Positions 1 to 10,300 of a DNA stretch of 64,000 nt are shown here, one piece after another. Made by a program: the position numbers and the translations under genes. Origin of the DNA: a virus; IMG/VR virus record IMGVR_UViG_3300035670_000028, positions 1 to 64,000 of that record; one strand, written 5' to 3'. The notes beneath the pieces were generated by a model, which worked only from the letters and a program-made list of their open reading frames with translations, had not been told where the DNA came from and did no database searches. Each line of letters opens with the position of its first letter. Position 1 is the stretch's first letter.

Positions 1-675
1 ACAGAATCTCAGCTTCGCAGGATCATCCGCCAGGAGGTTGGCAGGCTCACAGAGGTGGCAGCGCCCACCGCAGGAAAGCTTGCCGTCTTTGAGTTTATCT
101 ACCCTGATGAGGTCCTGCCCGATGGGCGGACCGTCCTGGACACGCTCAAGGAGGAGGCAGCCGCCAAGGGGCTCCCTGCACCAATTGGTCCTATTGCGAC
201 ATCGATCGGTAAGTACGTAATCATGGTGGGTCCTCGAAATGCGCTGAAGTCGATTGGGAGCAAGATTGATAGAGCATTTGGTGGCTACATCGTCGACTTT
301 ACGACGAGCAATGTCGAAAAGTACTTGGATGAGCACCAGAAACCCGAGGTCAAGAGGCCTCTCAACGCCGCGCTTAAGAAGCTCGGATGGACTCCTTCCG
401 CCCCTCTCACCGGCATGGCGAAGCTCGAATTCAGCGCGCTGCTCGCGACCGAGGACACGGACATGTCTGTCGAGGAGATGCAGGAGCTCGCCGCGCGTCT
501 GGGTGTGGAGGGCAAGCTGATTCGCGGAAGGAACAAGGGCGGAACATTCTCTGTGACCGGCCCCCGCCCCGCAGTCGAGAAGTTCGCCCTTGAGATGGAG
601 AACGCCTACTACGGCGGCGCGCAGTCTATCGACCAGGAATCGGGTCTCTTCTCGATGATCAAGGACGTCCGATAG
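1..675 (+). CDS. Leader-bearing putative head-internal protein (5' truncated by the window edge)
   Basis: Frame 1 is open from position 1 and reads TESQLRRIIRQEVGRLTEVAAP, continuing into ORF 55..675. The start lies upstream of the window. Confidence 0.75.
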   Translation, partial: TESQLRRIIRQEVGRLTEVAAPTAGKLAVFEFIYPDEVLPDGRTVLDTLKEEAAAKGLPAPIGPIATSIGKYVIMVGPRNALKSIGSKIDRAFGGYIVDFTTSNVEKYLDEHQKPEVKRPLNAALKKLGWTPSAPLTGMAKLEFSALLATEDTDMSVEEMQELAARLGVEGKLIRGRNKGGTFSVTGPRPAVEKFALEMENAYYGGAQSIDQESGLFSMIKDVR

Positions 676-701
676 GTCTAAGCGCTACAGGAAGGGTGGA
701 T

Positions 702-1910
702 ATGAGAATTACTGAGGGACAGCTTCGTACAATCATCCGCCAGGTGCTGTTTCGTCTCACAGAGACGTCAGCACCTAATCCAGATCATCTGTTTGAAGAT
801 CAAGACGTCTTTGGTCAGTCATTTAATGATCCGGATAAGCGTAAGTCCTTTCGAGTAAGTGATCCACCCGAAAAGAATACGTCAGAAGAACAAAAATTCA
901 TCAACAAGCTTAAGAAATGGTTCAACGGTCACTTGGTTGCTGGTAGCTTGAATAGCTTTGCTAGTGACATAACAGAGCTAATGCCAGTTATTAGATCAGG
1001 AATATATCCAGAGCTAACTCCTCCGTCTGGCAATGTCTATAGAGGCATGAAGTTGACACCAGATCAACTTAAGAGTTTCTTAGACTTAGAAGAGTTTACT
1101 ATCAAGGCCGGTAAATACAAAGTCATTGACAAGGGCGGTGTCTTGACACCCCAGCGAATAAAGTTTTACAAGCAAGGCAAGCCAATAAGCTCTTGGTCTA
1201 CTAGTGCCTCTGTGGCCGCAAACTTTTCAGATAAGTCTACAAATCCAAGTGTTGATGAAGCATCTCTTATGAGTGTGGTGTTTGTAGCTGACACTAGCGA
1301 TTCGTCTAACATGTTTTTTCTGAATCCAGACAATCTCGCAAGATCTTATTCGAAGCAGATGTCAAACTACAGCAATGAAAAAGAGGTCATAGCAGTTGGC
1401 CCTGTTAGGTTCAACAGCGTTGTTGTATACAGTAGCAGAGATGTGGTCGAGAGTGGATCTCCTGAATCTGAAAAAATGGAATTTTTGGAGTCTGTATTCA
1501 GAGACATCGTCAGCAGAATTGATGAAGCTATACAAGACAGGAAAACTAAGCTGTCTCAGGCGGCAAGCAAGCTCGGTCTAAAAAAACCATCAGATGGGCG
1601 CAAGATCAAGTACATTGGTAAAGACCGTGCGTTTGTCTCTATAGTAACCACTGCGGCAAATGGCATATCTGATATCATAGAAAGCGTTGCAACAGAATAC
1701 GGCATAAAGAAGCTCGAAAATTCTGGAAGTATTAGGCAGGAACTATTCTTCTTGCATGACTTTAGAGCTTCCGGCGAGTACAGAGATCTGAGCAGTCCTG
1801 CCAATATTACAAAGTTTCTAGGAGAAGAAATTAGAGCTATAATAGGTTTCAAAAGAGGATATGCTCCAAATCTTCAGACACTAGCCAAGAAGGCATCTGC
1901 AAAAAGATAA
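702..1910 (+). CDS. Leader-bearing putative ADP-ribosyltransferase (R-S-E type)
   Basis: MRITEGQLRTIIRQ..RLTE leader; ART-like motifs VYRG, SSWSTS and EKEVI. The gene body is AT-rich compared with its flanks. Confidence 0.7.
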   Translation: MRITEGQLRTIIRQVLFRLTETSAPNPDHLFEDQDVFGQSFNDPDKRKSFRVSDPPEKNTSEEQKFINKLKKWFNGHLVAGSLNSFASDITELMPVIRSGIYPELTPPSGNVYRGMKLTPDQLKSFLDLEEFTIKAGKYKVIDKGGVLTPQRIKFYKQGKPISSWSTSASVAANFSDKSTNPSVDEASLMSVVFVADTSDSSNMFFLNPDNLARSYSKQMSNYSNEKEVIAVGPVRFNSVVVYSSRDVVESGSPESEKMEFLESVFRDIVSRIDEAIQDRKTKLSQAASKLGLKKPSDGRKIKYIGKDRAFVSIVTTAANGISDIIESVATEYGIKKLENSGSIRQELFFLHDFRASGEYRDLSSPANITKFLGEEIRAIIGFKRGYAPNLQTLAKKASAKR

Positions 1911-1923
1911 GAGAGTGTTTTCT

Positions 1924-3063
1924 ATGAGAATCATTGAGAGCATCGGCACTGATTGGGACACCGCCATATCGAACTGGTTCTATGACCACCCCACCGGATT
2001 CTCAGACCGCGTCCTCGCAGTGCTCGAGGACAATGCCATGCACGCCTATAATGAGCTCATGCTGCTGGGATCGTGGGGTCCGAGGAACTGCACAGAGGCC
2101 TCTGAGGTGTGGAGGAAGATCTTCGCTGAGAATGGTATTAGGGCCAAAATTGTGAACGGATTCTTTGAGCCCGCGCACTCACCCGGCCAGGCATTCAGGG
2201 GCAGCTCGGACCACGTGTGGCTGGAGGTCGAGGGCGGCGTCTTCGATCCGACTGCCGCACAGTTCTCAAGCAACATCAGCCTCGCAGACTACTGGCTCGA
2301 TGAGGTGACGCCGGCGTACGACGCTCCTGGAGCGATTGTTGAGAAGGTCGACCCGGACGCGGCATTCGAAAAGTATCTCGATAGTCACTATGGCCTGGAT
2401 CCGTCTGAGATTCGCAAGGCCAAGCGCGACCTTGAGAAGCACGCTGAAGAGCCTCCCAGCGCTCCATTGGGAAGAGTTGCATTCGGTCCTGAGCGCTACC
2501 CACCCATATACGAGCCCAACACGAAGGAGGAGAAAGCCCTCCTCAATGCGCTCTGGCACCACTTTGAGGGCTACGAAATACTCAGCGCGAAGAACGCTGA
2601 GGCGATCAGGGGAATGATGAGGAAGGGGCGATATCCCTCTGTCTTTGTGCCGCCGCGCGTCACAACTGTCTATCGTGGCATGACTGTGAATCTCACCTGG
2701 CTCGCAAAGGCGCTCGGTGTGTCAGTGCGTGACCTCAAGCGCATAGGCAAGACGACGCGTCCGCATCCGGCCGAAATGTTCACCAAGGGAAAGACTGAGG
2801 TCAACTTTAAGTTTGTCCCTAGGAAGGGCGCCGCCTCCTGGTCTAAGTCTCACCGTGTTGCGCGAGGGTTTCTGTCATCCGACTACGACACCGCCCAGAT
2901 CATCTTGCACGCTGATGTGGCCGAGAATGAGGGCAGGCTCATGGACGCAACCGGCCTGTACGGGAAGGTTTCAGGATTCGGCGGATTCAAAGCTGAGAAA
3001 GAGGTCCTCGGCCTAGGCCCCATTCGAGTGCACATGATCGAGTGGGAGATCGAGTGGGAGTAG
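1924..3063 (+). CDS. Transglutaminase/papain-like domain fused to an ADP-ribosyltransferase-like domain
   Basis: N-terminal NC..HVW..FDPT (Cys-His-Asp pattern); C-terminal VYRG, ASWSKS and EKEVL. ATG at 1924 gives MRIIE. Confidence 0.65.
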   Translation: MRIIESIGTDWDTAISNWFYDHPTGFSDRVLAVLEDNAMHAYNELMLLGSWGPRNCTEASEVWRKIFAENGIRAKIVNGFFEPAHSPGQAFRGSSDHVWLEVEGGVFDPTAAQFSSNISLADYWLDEVTPAYDAPGAIVEKVDPDAAFEKYLDSHYGLDPSEIRKAKRDLEKHAEEPPSAPLGRVAFGPERYPPIYEPNTKEEKALLNALWHHFEGYEILSAKNAEAIRGMMRKGRYPSVFVPPRVTTVYRGMTVNLTWLAKALGVSVRDLKRIGKTTRPHPAEMFTKGKTEVNFKFVPRKGAASWSKSHRVARGFLSSDYDTAQIILHADVAENEGRLMDATGLYGKVSGFGGFKAEKEVLGLGPIRVHMIEWEIEWE

Positions 3064-3118
3064 TTTCAATGAGATCAGATCCCATCGTGTTTGGCCGGTC
3101 CTGTAGGCTCACAACTTG

Positions 3119-3125
3119 ATACTTA
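3119..3125 (+). promoter_or_regulatory. ATACTTA putative late promoter
   Basis: Recurrent intergenic heptamer found upstream of structural genes. Confidence 0.55.
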
Positions 3126-3166
3126 CGTCTAGCGCGTTTAGCGCCCCATTGACGTGAGGATTTTTG

Positions 3167-3727
3167 ATGTCGAAGACGGGACGTGAGAGCCTATCCAAGC
3201 TGAGAACTTTGGTCGACGACCTCTGCGACAGGGACGAGGGGATCAAGCGCGACGTCTCCCTGTTTGAGGCTGTTTTTCACAACTTCCCAGTACCAGTTGC
3301 CATATGGCTCAGTGATGAGAAGGGGCACTGTGTGTCACGCAGGGTCTCCGGCAATGGCTCCAGGGGATGGCAGGACCCTGAGGGAACGATCGACAGCGTC
3401 TTCAGCATCTACCGGTGCCCGGAGCTGAGGAAGCAGATCGACAGGCACTTCAAGCGCGCGGTGAAGGGGAAGCAGCTGAGCTTCCTGACCGAGGTTGAGG
3501 GCACCTGCGTGTGGACCCGACTGACGCCTCGATTCACAGGAAGCGAGTGCACCGGCGTGATTGGGATCTCGTGGGACATCACCGCGAACTATAGGATGTA
3601 CCAGATCCTCCGCAGAGTGGAGGCGCTTCAAGTTCCAGGTGTCGACCTCGACAGCCTCAAGACAGAGGCCCAGGGCGCAATTGGCACCAGCATCATCAAG
3701 AAGCTTTTAGAGGAGGCAGAGAAATGA
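3167..3727 (+). CDS. Stand-alone PAS/PAC-domain protein
   Basis: FEAVFHNFPVPVAIW PAS start and GVIGISWDIT PAC end; no output domain. Confidence 0.65.
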   Translation: MSKTGRESLSKLRTLVDDLCDRDEGIKRDVSLFEAVFHNFPVPVAIWLSDEKGHCVSRRVSGNGSRGWQDPEGTIDSVFSIYRCPELRKQIDRHFKRAVKGKQLSFLTEVEGTCVWTRLTPRFTGSECTGVIGISWDITANYRMYQILRRVEALQVPGVDLDSLKTEAQGAIGTSIIKKLLEEAEK

Positions 3728-4074
3728 GCAGTGATTCTCCGTCTGGCGACCGCCGCCAAAATGGATGGAACGAGTATTCCAAGCTCGTCCTCAAGGAACT
3801 GGAGACCCTCGCCGACAGCATCGACAGCCTGCGCACCGAGATCCAGCAGGTGAAGCAGGAGATCGCCAAGATGCAGGTTCGGGAGGACAAGGTGAATGAG
3901 CTCAAGGACTGGAAGGCCAAGATGGACGAGGCCGCCACACCGACCCAGATCAAGGAGGTCGTCAAGCAGGTGGATGACCTCAAGCTCTTTAAGACCAAGG
4001 CGATCACAGTGTTCGCAGTGGTGCAGTTTCTGATGGCAGCTTTTGCGCTGCTGATCAGATTTATCGATAGGTGA
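3724..4074 (+). CDS. Coiled-coil protein with C-terminal transmembrane helix (possibly holin-like)
   Basis: Heptad-rich body, hydrophobic tail AITVFAVVQFLMAAFALLI, ATGA overlap with the PAS gene. Confidence 0.55.
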   Translation: MSSDSPSGDRRQNGWNEYSKLVLKELETLADSIDSLRTEIQQVKQEIAKMQVREDKVNELKDWKAKMDEAATPTQIKEVVKQVDDLKLFKTKAITVFAVVQFLMAAFALLIRFIDR

Positions 4075-4084
4075 GGAGAAATAA

Positions 4085-5254
4085 GTGGCCACATTCATAC
4101 AGACGACCGCGCCCACGCCGTTTGGCTTCTTCGACTCGGACACAACGTTCCAGACCGAGGCGGACGCCATGGTCGTCTTTGTGAAGAGGAAGCTGGGAGA
4201 CGACATCCTCTCCGTTGAGCTCACCAAGAAGCAGATCTGGGCGTGCTTTGAGGAGGCGGTGCTTGAGTACGGCGCGCTGATCAACCAGTACCAGGCAAAG
4301 TCCCAGCTTCTCAACCTCCTCGGTGTTGAGACAGGATCCCTCTCGGGCGCCGAGCAGAAGCTCCCCCGTGAGAACCTGGAGTACGTCCTCCGCCAGGCTG
4401 AGCCGTACGGCATGGAGGCCTCTCTCGGAGGCTCCTACACGTCAATGTCAGGTTCCATTCAGCTATCTCAAGGGCAGCAGGACTACGACATTTACACTGA
4501 CCTCAAGGATGGCAGCGGCAATCTCATCTTCTCTAGCAGCCTCAACACACCGCGCTCCAAGATGAAGATCATGGAGGTGTTCCACTACAACCCGCAGGCC
4601 GCGTATCGCTTCTTTGACACGACATCCGCCATCAACTACCTGAACAATGAGTTCGCGTTCGAGTCCTTCACACCTGAGACTGTGTTCTACATCCTTCCCA
4701 CCTTCGAGGACGTGCTCCGTGGAGGAATGCTCAACATCTCCCAGAGGGTGAGGCGGTCCAACTACTCCTACCGCATTGTGGGAACCAAGCTCAGAATATT
4801 CCCAATGCCGACCGAGGGCGCGCCTAAGAGCCTGTGGGTGAGAGTGCAGTTCGCTGCAAATCCACTCTCCTCACCGTACGGCGACGCATCAATCAACGGA
4901 ACAAGCAACCTCTCTAACGTGCCGTACGGCAACCTCCAGTATGGCAAGCTCAACTCTATCGGTCGACAGTGGATCAGGCAGTACTGCCTTGCCCTGGCGA
5001 AGGAGCTCCTGGGACTCATTCGATCAAAGTTTTCCACTGTTCCTATACCTGGTGCGGATCTCACCCTAAACGGTGCCGATCTGGTGACGCAGGGACGCGA
5101 GGAGCAGACAGAGCTAATGACCCAGCTGAAGGAGATGCTCGACTCCCTCACATACAGCAAGCTCCTCGAGCAGAAGGCAGCGGAGGTCGACAACCTCCAG
5201 AAGATCCTCAGGAATATTCCCATTCCAAACGGCAAAGCAATTCTCATGGGCTGA
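4085..5254 (+). CDS. Neck protein (T4 gp13-like)
   Basis: LSVELTKKQI and WIRQYCLALAKELLGLIRSKF..IPG..LTLNG resemble gp13-type neck proteins; position before the sheath genes fits. Confidence 0.75.
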   Translation: MATFIQTTAPTPFGFFDSDTTFQTEADAMVVFVKRKLGDDILSVELTKKQIWACFEEAVLEYGALINQYQAKSQLLNLLGVETGSLSGAEQKLPRENLEYVLRQAEPYGMEASLGGSYTSMSGSIQLSQGQQDYDIYTDLKDGSGNLIFSSSLNTPRSKMKIMEVFHYNPQAAYRFFDTTSAINYLNNEFAFESFTPETVFYILPTFEDVLRGGMLNISQRVRRSNYSYRIVGTKLRIFPMPTEGAPKSLWVRVQFAANPLSSPYGDASINGTSNLSNVPYGNLQYGKLNSIGRQWIRQYCLALAKELLGLIRSKFSTVPIPGADLTLNGADLVTQGREEQTELMTQLKEMLDSLTYSKLLEQKAAEVDNLQKILRNIPIPNGKAILMG

Positions 5255-5266
5255 TAGGAGCGTCTC

Positions 5267-5926
5267 ATGGCAAGACTTTTCATAACGCCCCGGGAGATAG
5301 ACTTCATAAGCGACATTACGAAGGAGATCACCAAGGACGTCCGCGGCCAGAAGATCTACTACTACGGAGTCCGTGAGGACCTCTCTCAGGTCCACGACGT
5401 CTACGAGGAGTCTCCGGAGAAGGTGTTCAATCCACCTATTGAGCTGGAGGCCTCTGTTGAGTGGGAGCAGCCTGTTATCACTACCAATAAGTTCGGCTCT
5501 GAGACGCTGTCAAAAGTCGTCTTCTATGCCCACACTCGAGATCTGCTCGATCGAGACATTGCGGTGAAGGTGGGAGACTATTTCTCATACGGTCAGGAGT
5601 TCTATGAGATCACATCTGTCATCATTGAGAAGCAGGTCTACGGTCAGATTGAGCACCAGGTGGGTAAGAAGGTGTCGGGTATCCAGGCGCGCCGCGGTCT
5701 TATCGATCGCCCAGCAAACGGTCCCACATCCGAGGAGGATCTCGATGCAGGATCTGTTCAGACGGTGTTCGATCAGCAGAGGGGCTATGAGCAGAATAGC
5801 TTGGGTCCCACTGAGGACAAGCGGCAGCTAGTCGAGGACGGAAAGCTCGATCCAGGATTAACAGGCCCCAAGATAGTTAAGGAGCAGGGCTCAGAGCCCA
5901 CATCCTTCTTCTACGGAGATGAGTGA
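5267..5926 (+). CDS. Neck/head-closure protein (gp14-like)
   Basis: Synteny; VYEES.EKVF and VGDYFSYG..FYEI motifs. Confidence 0.6.
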   Translation: MARLFITPREIDFISDITKEITKDVRGQKIYYYGVREDLSQVHDVYEESPEKVFNPPIELEASVEWEQPVITTNKFGSETLSKVVFYAHTRDLLDRDIAVKVGDYFSYGQEFYEITSVIIEKQVYGQIEHQVGKKVSGIQARRGLIDRPANGPTSEEDLDAGSVQTVFDQQRGYEQNSLGPTEDKRQLVEDGKLDPGLTGPKIVKEQGSEPTSFFYGDE

Positions 5927-7236
5927 TGAGCACTAGAAGAGACATTCCGCCTGGATCCAATAACGTTCCAACAGGATTCGAAGGCAATGATGTCCCTAAC
6001 GACATTGAGATCCCTTCGTGCTCTATAGAGGACGTCGACCGCGCAGTGTTCAATTTATTTGACAAACAGCTCCCTATGCAGGTGCGACAGGGAGGAAATG
6101 GATCGGGAACAGGGACCCGAAAGGTCCCTGTCATCTTTGCAACAGGAGAGAGATTTGCATTTCTCCGAAGAAAAATCCCACTAGGCGATCGCGGCGGAGA
6201 CCACAGCGCGCTCATTATTCCGCTCATATCAATTACACGCTCGGCGATATCACAGGAGCCTGACAACGGAATTAGCGGTGGGCAAACTGAGCCTATTGTG
6301 ATCAAGCGCAGGCTCTCAAAGGACAGCCCCATCTACAAGCGCCTCATCAATGAGTATGAGCTTAAGAATCAGGATGAGGTGTTTGATCAGACACACAATT
6401 TGCCTGGTTTGGGTAGCGGATCAAATCCGGGAACAGCGGGCTCAAGAAGAGCCGGCACTTCCACCCCAGACGATGCTCGACAGGGAAAGCTTCTAAGACC
6501 GCACCTCTCTAACAACATCTACGAGACACTTACAATTCCTCCTGTCAAGTACTACACAGCCACCTACAACATAACGATATGGACCCAATACACGCAGGAG
6601 ATGAACGATCTCCTGATGGTCATAATGAGCCTCTACCAGAATAATCACAAGAGGACATTTAAGCTTGAGACGAGCAAGGGATACTGGTTTGTGGGATACG
6701 TTGGAAGTGACCTAACTGCTGAAAATAACTCTGATGACTTCACTGACGCTGAACGTCTGATCAAATACAATTTTGACATGAAGGTAAATGCATATATTGT
6801 TGCTCCTAAGTACCAGGGATCTCCTGCGTACATCAGAAGATATGTCTCGGCGCCTACTGTCGAGTTCAACACATTTGCGACCCAAGGAAAAATTATTGTT
6901 GGAGGATACACTCCAAGGAGCGGTGATCCCAATAAGTTTGTTCTAGAGGATGTGTACAGTGAGACAAATGAAGACGTGGGCTCAGGTGTCGCTGCAAACA
7001 CAGCTGAGAATGTCGTTCTCTCTCTTGATTCACACACAGACAGGAGCGCAGCCACCGTGGGTGGTTACAACAACAATAACTTTAATACTTCTGCAAGAAC
7101 TGTTGTGACAAGTAGAAACATATTCACCGGTGCAGAGCAGAACAACATTCTAACTGTCAAGTCAGTAAATTCAAGAAAAGGTGAGACGGTGTTTAGAGAG
7201 CAGCAGATATTCAAGATTGATGATTTCGATGTGTAA
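5923..7236 (+). CDS. Tail sheath stabiliser/terminator (gp15-like)
   Basis: IEDVDRAV, VPVIFATGERF, PLISITR and YNITIWTQY motifs; synteny. Confidence 0.65.
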   Translation: MMSTRRDIPPGSNNVPTGFEGNDVPNDIEIPSCSIEDVDRAVFNLFDKQLPMQVRQGGNGSGTGTRKVPVIFATGERFAFLRRKIPLGDRGGDHSALIIPLISITRSAISQEPDNGISGGQTEPIVIKRRLSKDSPIYKRLINEYELKNQDEVFDQTHNLPGLGSGSNPGTAGSRRAGTSTPDDARQGKLLRPHLSNNIYETLTIPPVKYYTATYNITIWTQYTQEMNDLLMVIMSLYQNNHKRTFKLETSKGYWFVGYVGSDLTAENNSDDFTDAERLIKYNFDMKVNAYIVAPKYQGSPAYIRRYVSAPTVEFNTFATQGKIIVGGYTPRSGDPNKFVLEDVYSETNEDVGSGVAANTAENVVLSLDSHTDRSAATVGGYNNNNFNTSARTVVTSRNIFTGAEQNNILTVKSVNSRKGETVFREQQIFKIDDFDV

Positions 7237-7292
7237 TGTTGGACAGAGTTTTACATGTGGCAGTCAGTGATGGAAGTATGAGTTTCGAACTA

Positions 7293-7299
7293 ATACTTA
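7293..7299 (+). promoter_or_regulatory. ATACTTA putative late promoter
   Basis: Upstream of tail sheath 1 and its TAAGGAG RBS. Confidence 0.6.
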
Positions 7300-7329
7300 G
7301 AAGAGAAACGTTCGTAAGGAGTTAACTCG

Positions 7330-10300
7330 ATGCCTGAACAGACATTTAGATCCCCCGGATTCTTTGAGCAGGAGATTGACCTGTCCGCTCGCGCCGGCAG
7401 CACTCTTGGAATACCGGCAGGAGTAATCGGCACATCAAAGAAGGGCCCTGCGTTCGTGCCTGTGACGATTGGAACATTTACTGATTTCGAGAATCGTTTC
7501 GGCACCCTCGATCCCGATCGCTTTGGACCTTATGCAGTCAATGAGTTCCTCAAGCATCGAAATGCTGTGACATTCGTGAGGGTCCTTGGCGCAGGAGCGA
7601 ACAGCACGGAGTCTGATCTCAACAACACGGAGACGATGGGAATCGTAAAGAGCGCAGGATTCGTCCTGTCAGCTTCAGCGACCGACTACTCTCCTGGCGC
7701 AGTTCAGTTCCTCTGCGCAAGCCAGTCACTCCAGTCTGGAGAGCTTGCAGGTTACCCTGTCTTCTCTGACAATCGCTCCTTCAATGAGAGAAGCACGACT
7801 CTCAACGACGCGAACCTCGTCCGCGCTGTGATATTCACAACGACAGGCTCTAGGATTGAGGTGCTTGACTACAATCAGTCTTATTCGGCACCTGCTGCTG
7901 GAGACTCTCTTGCTGATGTAGGAAATGGATCGATTGGTGAGCCCTACTTCAAGCTCGTAATTTCGTCATCTCAGGGCGCGTCCTTCTCCTATGATGAGCT
8001 AAATGCTGGAATAAGGATCCTCACAGCTTCGCTTAATCCATCGAGCAAGCACTACATCGCAAAGATTCTCAATACAAATCCTGACAAGTTCCAGGAGATG
8101 CAGCACCTCCTGTATGTCGACCTTCCTGTTGAGAACGAGCTTGCAACAGTCAAGTCTGTCGCAATCCTCTCAGGAACGAGCGGAACCACGACATCAGGCG
8201 GTGACAAGACGACACCCTACAGAAATCTATTCGGCAAGTTCAATACGCGTTACACGACTCCCAAGACGACTGCCATCATCTCACAGCCGTTCGGAACTGT
8301 TGAGTACGATCTCTTTCACTTTGAGACGATAAGCGATGGAGAAGCGACCAACGAGGAGTACAAGGTGTCGATTGCGAATATTCGCAAGTCGCTCGATCCT
8401 GCAAACGCGTATGGAACTTTCGATGTTCAGATACGTCGCTTCACAGATGTGGACACTCTGCCAGAGATTCTCGAGGTATATCCTGCTTGCAATCTCAATC
8501 CAAAGAGCGAGAATTACATTGCTCGAAAGATTGGAGACAAGAAGGTACACTTCAACTTTGATACGACTTCTGACACAGAGCAGCGCCTCATCGTTACAGG
8601 CAAGTACCCCAATCTGTCAACGAGAATTCGCGTCGTCATGAATCAGGCAGTTGAGAATCAGACGGTTCCCACCGACGCGCTGCCATTCGGTTTCAGAGGA
8701 ATTCCTGTCCTCAAGACATCTAACTCTCTCACAGACGATAGTCTTGTTGTGCTCTCAGACAGATTCGGTGTGAGCCTAGGTGATAGTGCAACATCTCGAC
8801 TCGGAGGCATAACAGCAGCAGTGACTCCGCTCTCTGCGTCCATTCTTCCTCCCCTTCCTCTTCGATTCAAGGTGACAAGAGGCGCTGTGAATGATGGAAC
8901 GTCAACAGCTATCTCTTTCATAGGAGATCCAGGCGACAACGAGCGCGCCGACAATCGTCTATACTGGGGTGTGAAGTTTGAGAGGCTTCCCCTAGAGGCC
9001 ACAGTCACAAATGCCGTGCTGAACTCTAACGTCTCTGATGTCGCCAATCCCCTTGTGAAGGGATATGCGAAGTTCCAGGGAATTGCAAAGCTTGACACAC
9101 TAGTGACAGGCGCAGCAGCAGACGAGTTCAACAACAATAAGTTCACACTGTCTCGTGTCGCTCTCTACAATCAGCTGCAGGGCGGCCAGATAACTGACGT
9201 GACAGGAACAGCGAGAGAGCACATGCTTGAGGCGTCCTACCTCAGAAATGGCACGCCTAGCGCAACTGACTACACCATAAACGACGCAGTTCTTGGTGCG
9301 AACAGAATCACAATGGCGACACTTGTTCACTCCGCGTCCTCTGTGTTCAACAGGTTCCAGGAGTTCAATAAGTTCACCACAATGTTCTACGGTGGTTTTG
9401 ATGGCGTGAACCTCCTTGATAGAGACAATCGTCTCCTCAACGATCGCGCGAGCTCCTCCGACACAGGTGGTAAGGCAGGTGACACGTATGCTGGAGGCCT
9501 AGGCCTTGCAGGAACAGCTGTTGCTGCGATGTCAGGCAAGGGCAAGGACAACAACGTTGTTGCCGCATACCAAGTTGCCACACGACTCATGACTGATGAG
9601 ATCTCTTCCAATGTCAACGTTCTTGCAATTCCAGGCATCAGAGATGTTCTCGTCACAGACTTTGCGCTGGATGCTGTAAAGAAGTATGGCATGGCCATCT
9701 ATCTCATGGATGTCCTAAACTATGACGTGGACTCAAACCGCCTCTTCGATGACTCCTCCGCCAAGCCGGATGTGAGAGAGACATCAGAGCAGTTCGATGC
9801 GAGAGCAATCAATAACAACTACGGCGCATCGTACTTCCCAGATGTCTTCCTTCGCGATAACGTTGCAAATCGTCCTGTGAAGGTACCCGCTTCGGTCGCA
9901 GCTATGGGAGCCCTTGCATTCAATGACAAGATTGCCTACCCATGGTTCGCACCCGCAGGATTCAATCGCGGTGCCCTCGCGGAGGTCTCAAACGTCGCGA
10001 CACGTCTTAATTCTGAGGACAGAGACGTTCTCTATGACAGCAGAATTAATCCCATCGCGACATTCCCAACCGGTGGATTCGTGATCTTTGGTCAGAAGAC
10101 ACTTCAGCAGGCGAAGTCTGCTCTCGATCGAGTCAATGTCCGTCGTCTTCTTCTCGAGGTCAAGCGTCTTGTCGCTGGCGTGGCAAAGCGGTTGCTCTTT
10201 GAGCAGAATGATGCCACAACTCGCGCCAAGTTCCTAAGTCAAGTGACACCTCTTCTTGCTCTAATACAGTCTCAGTCTGGCATTGAGCAGTTCCAGGTTG

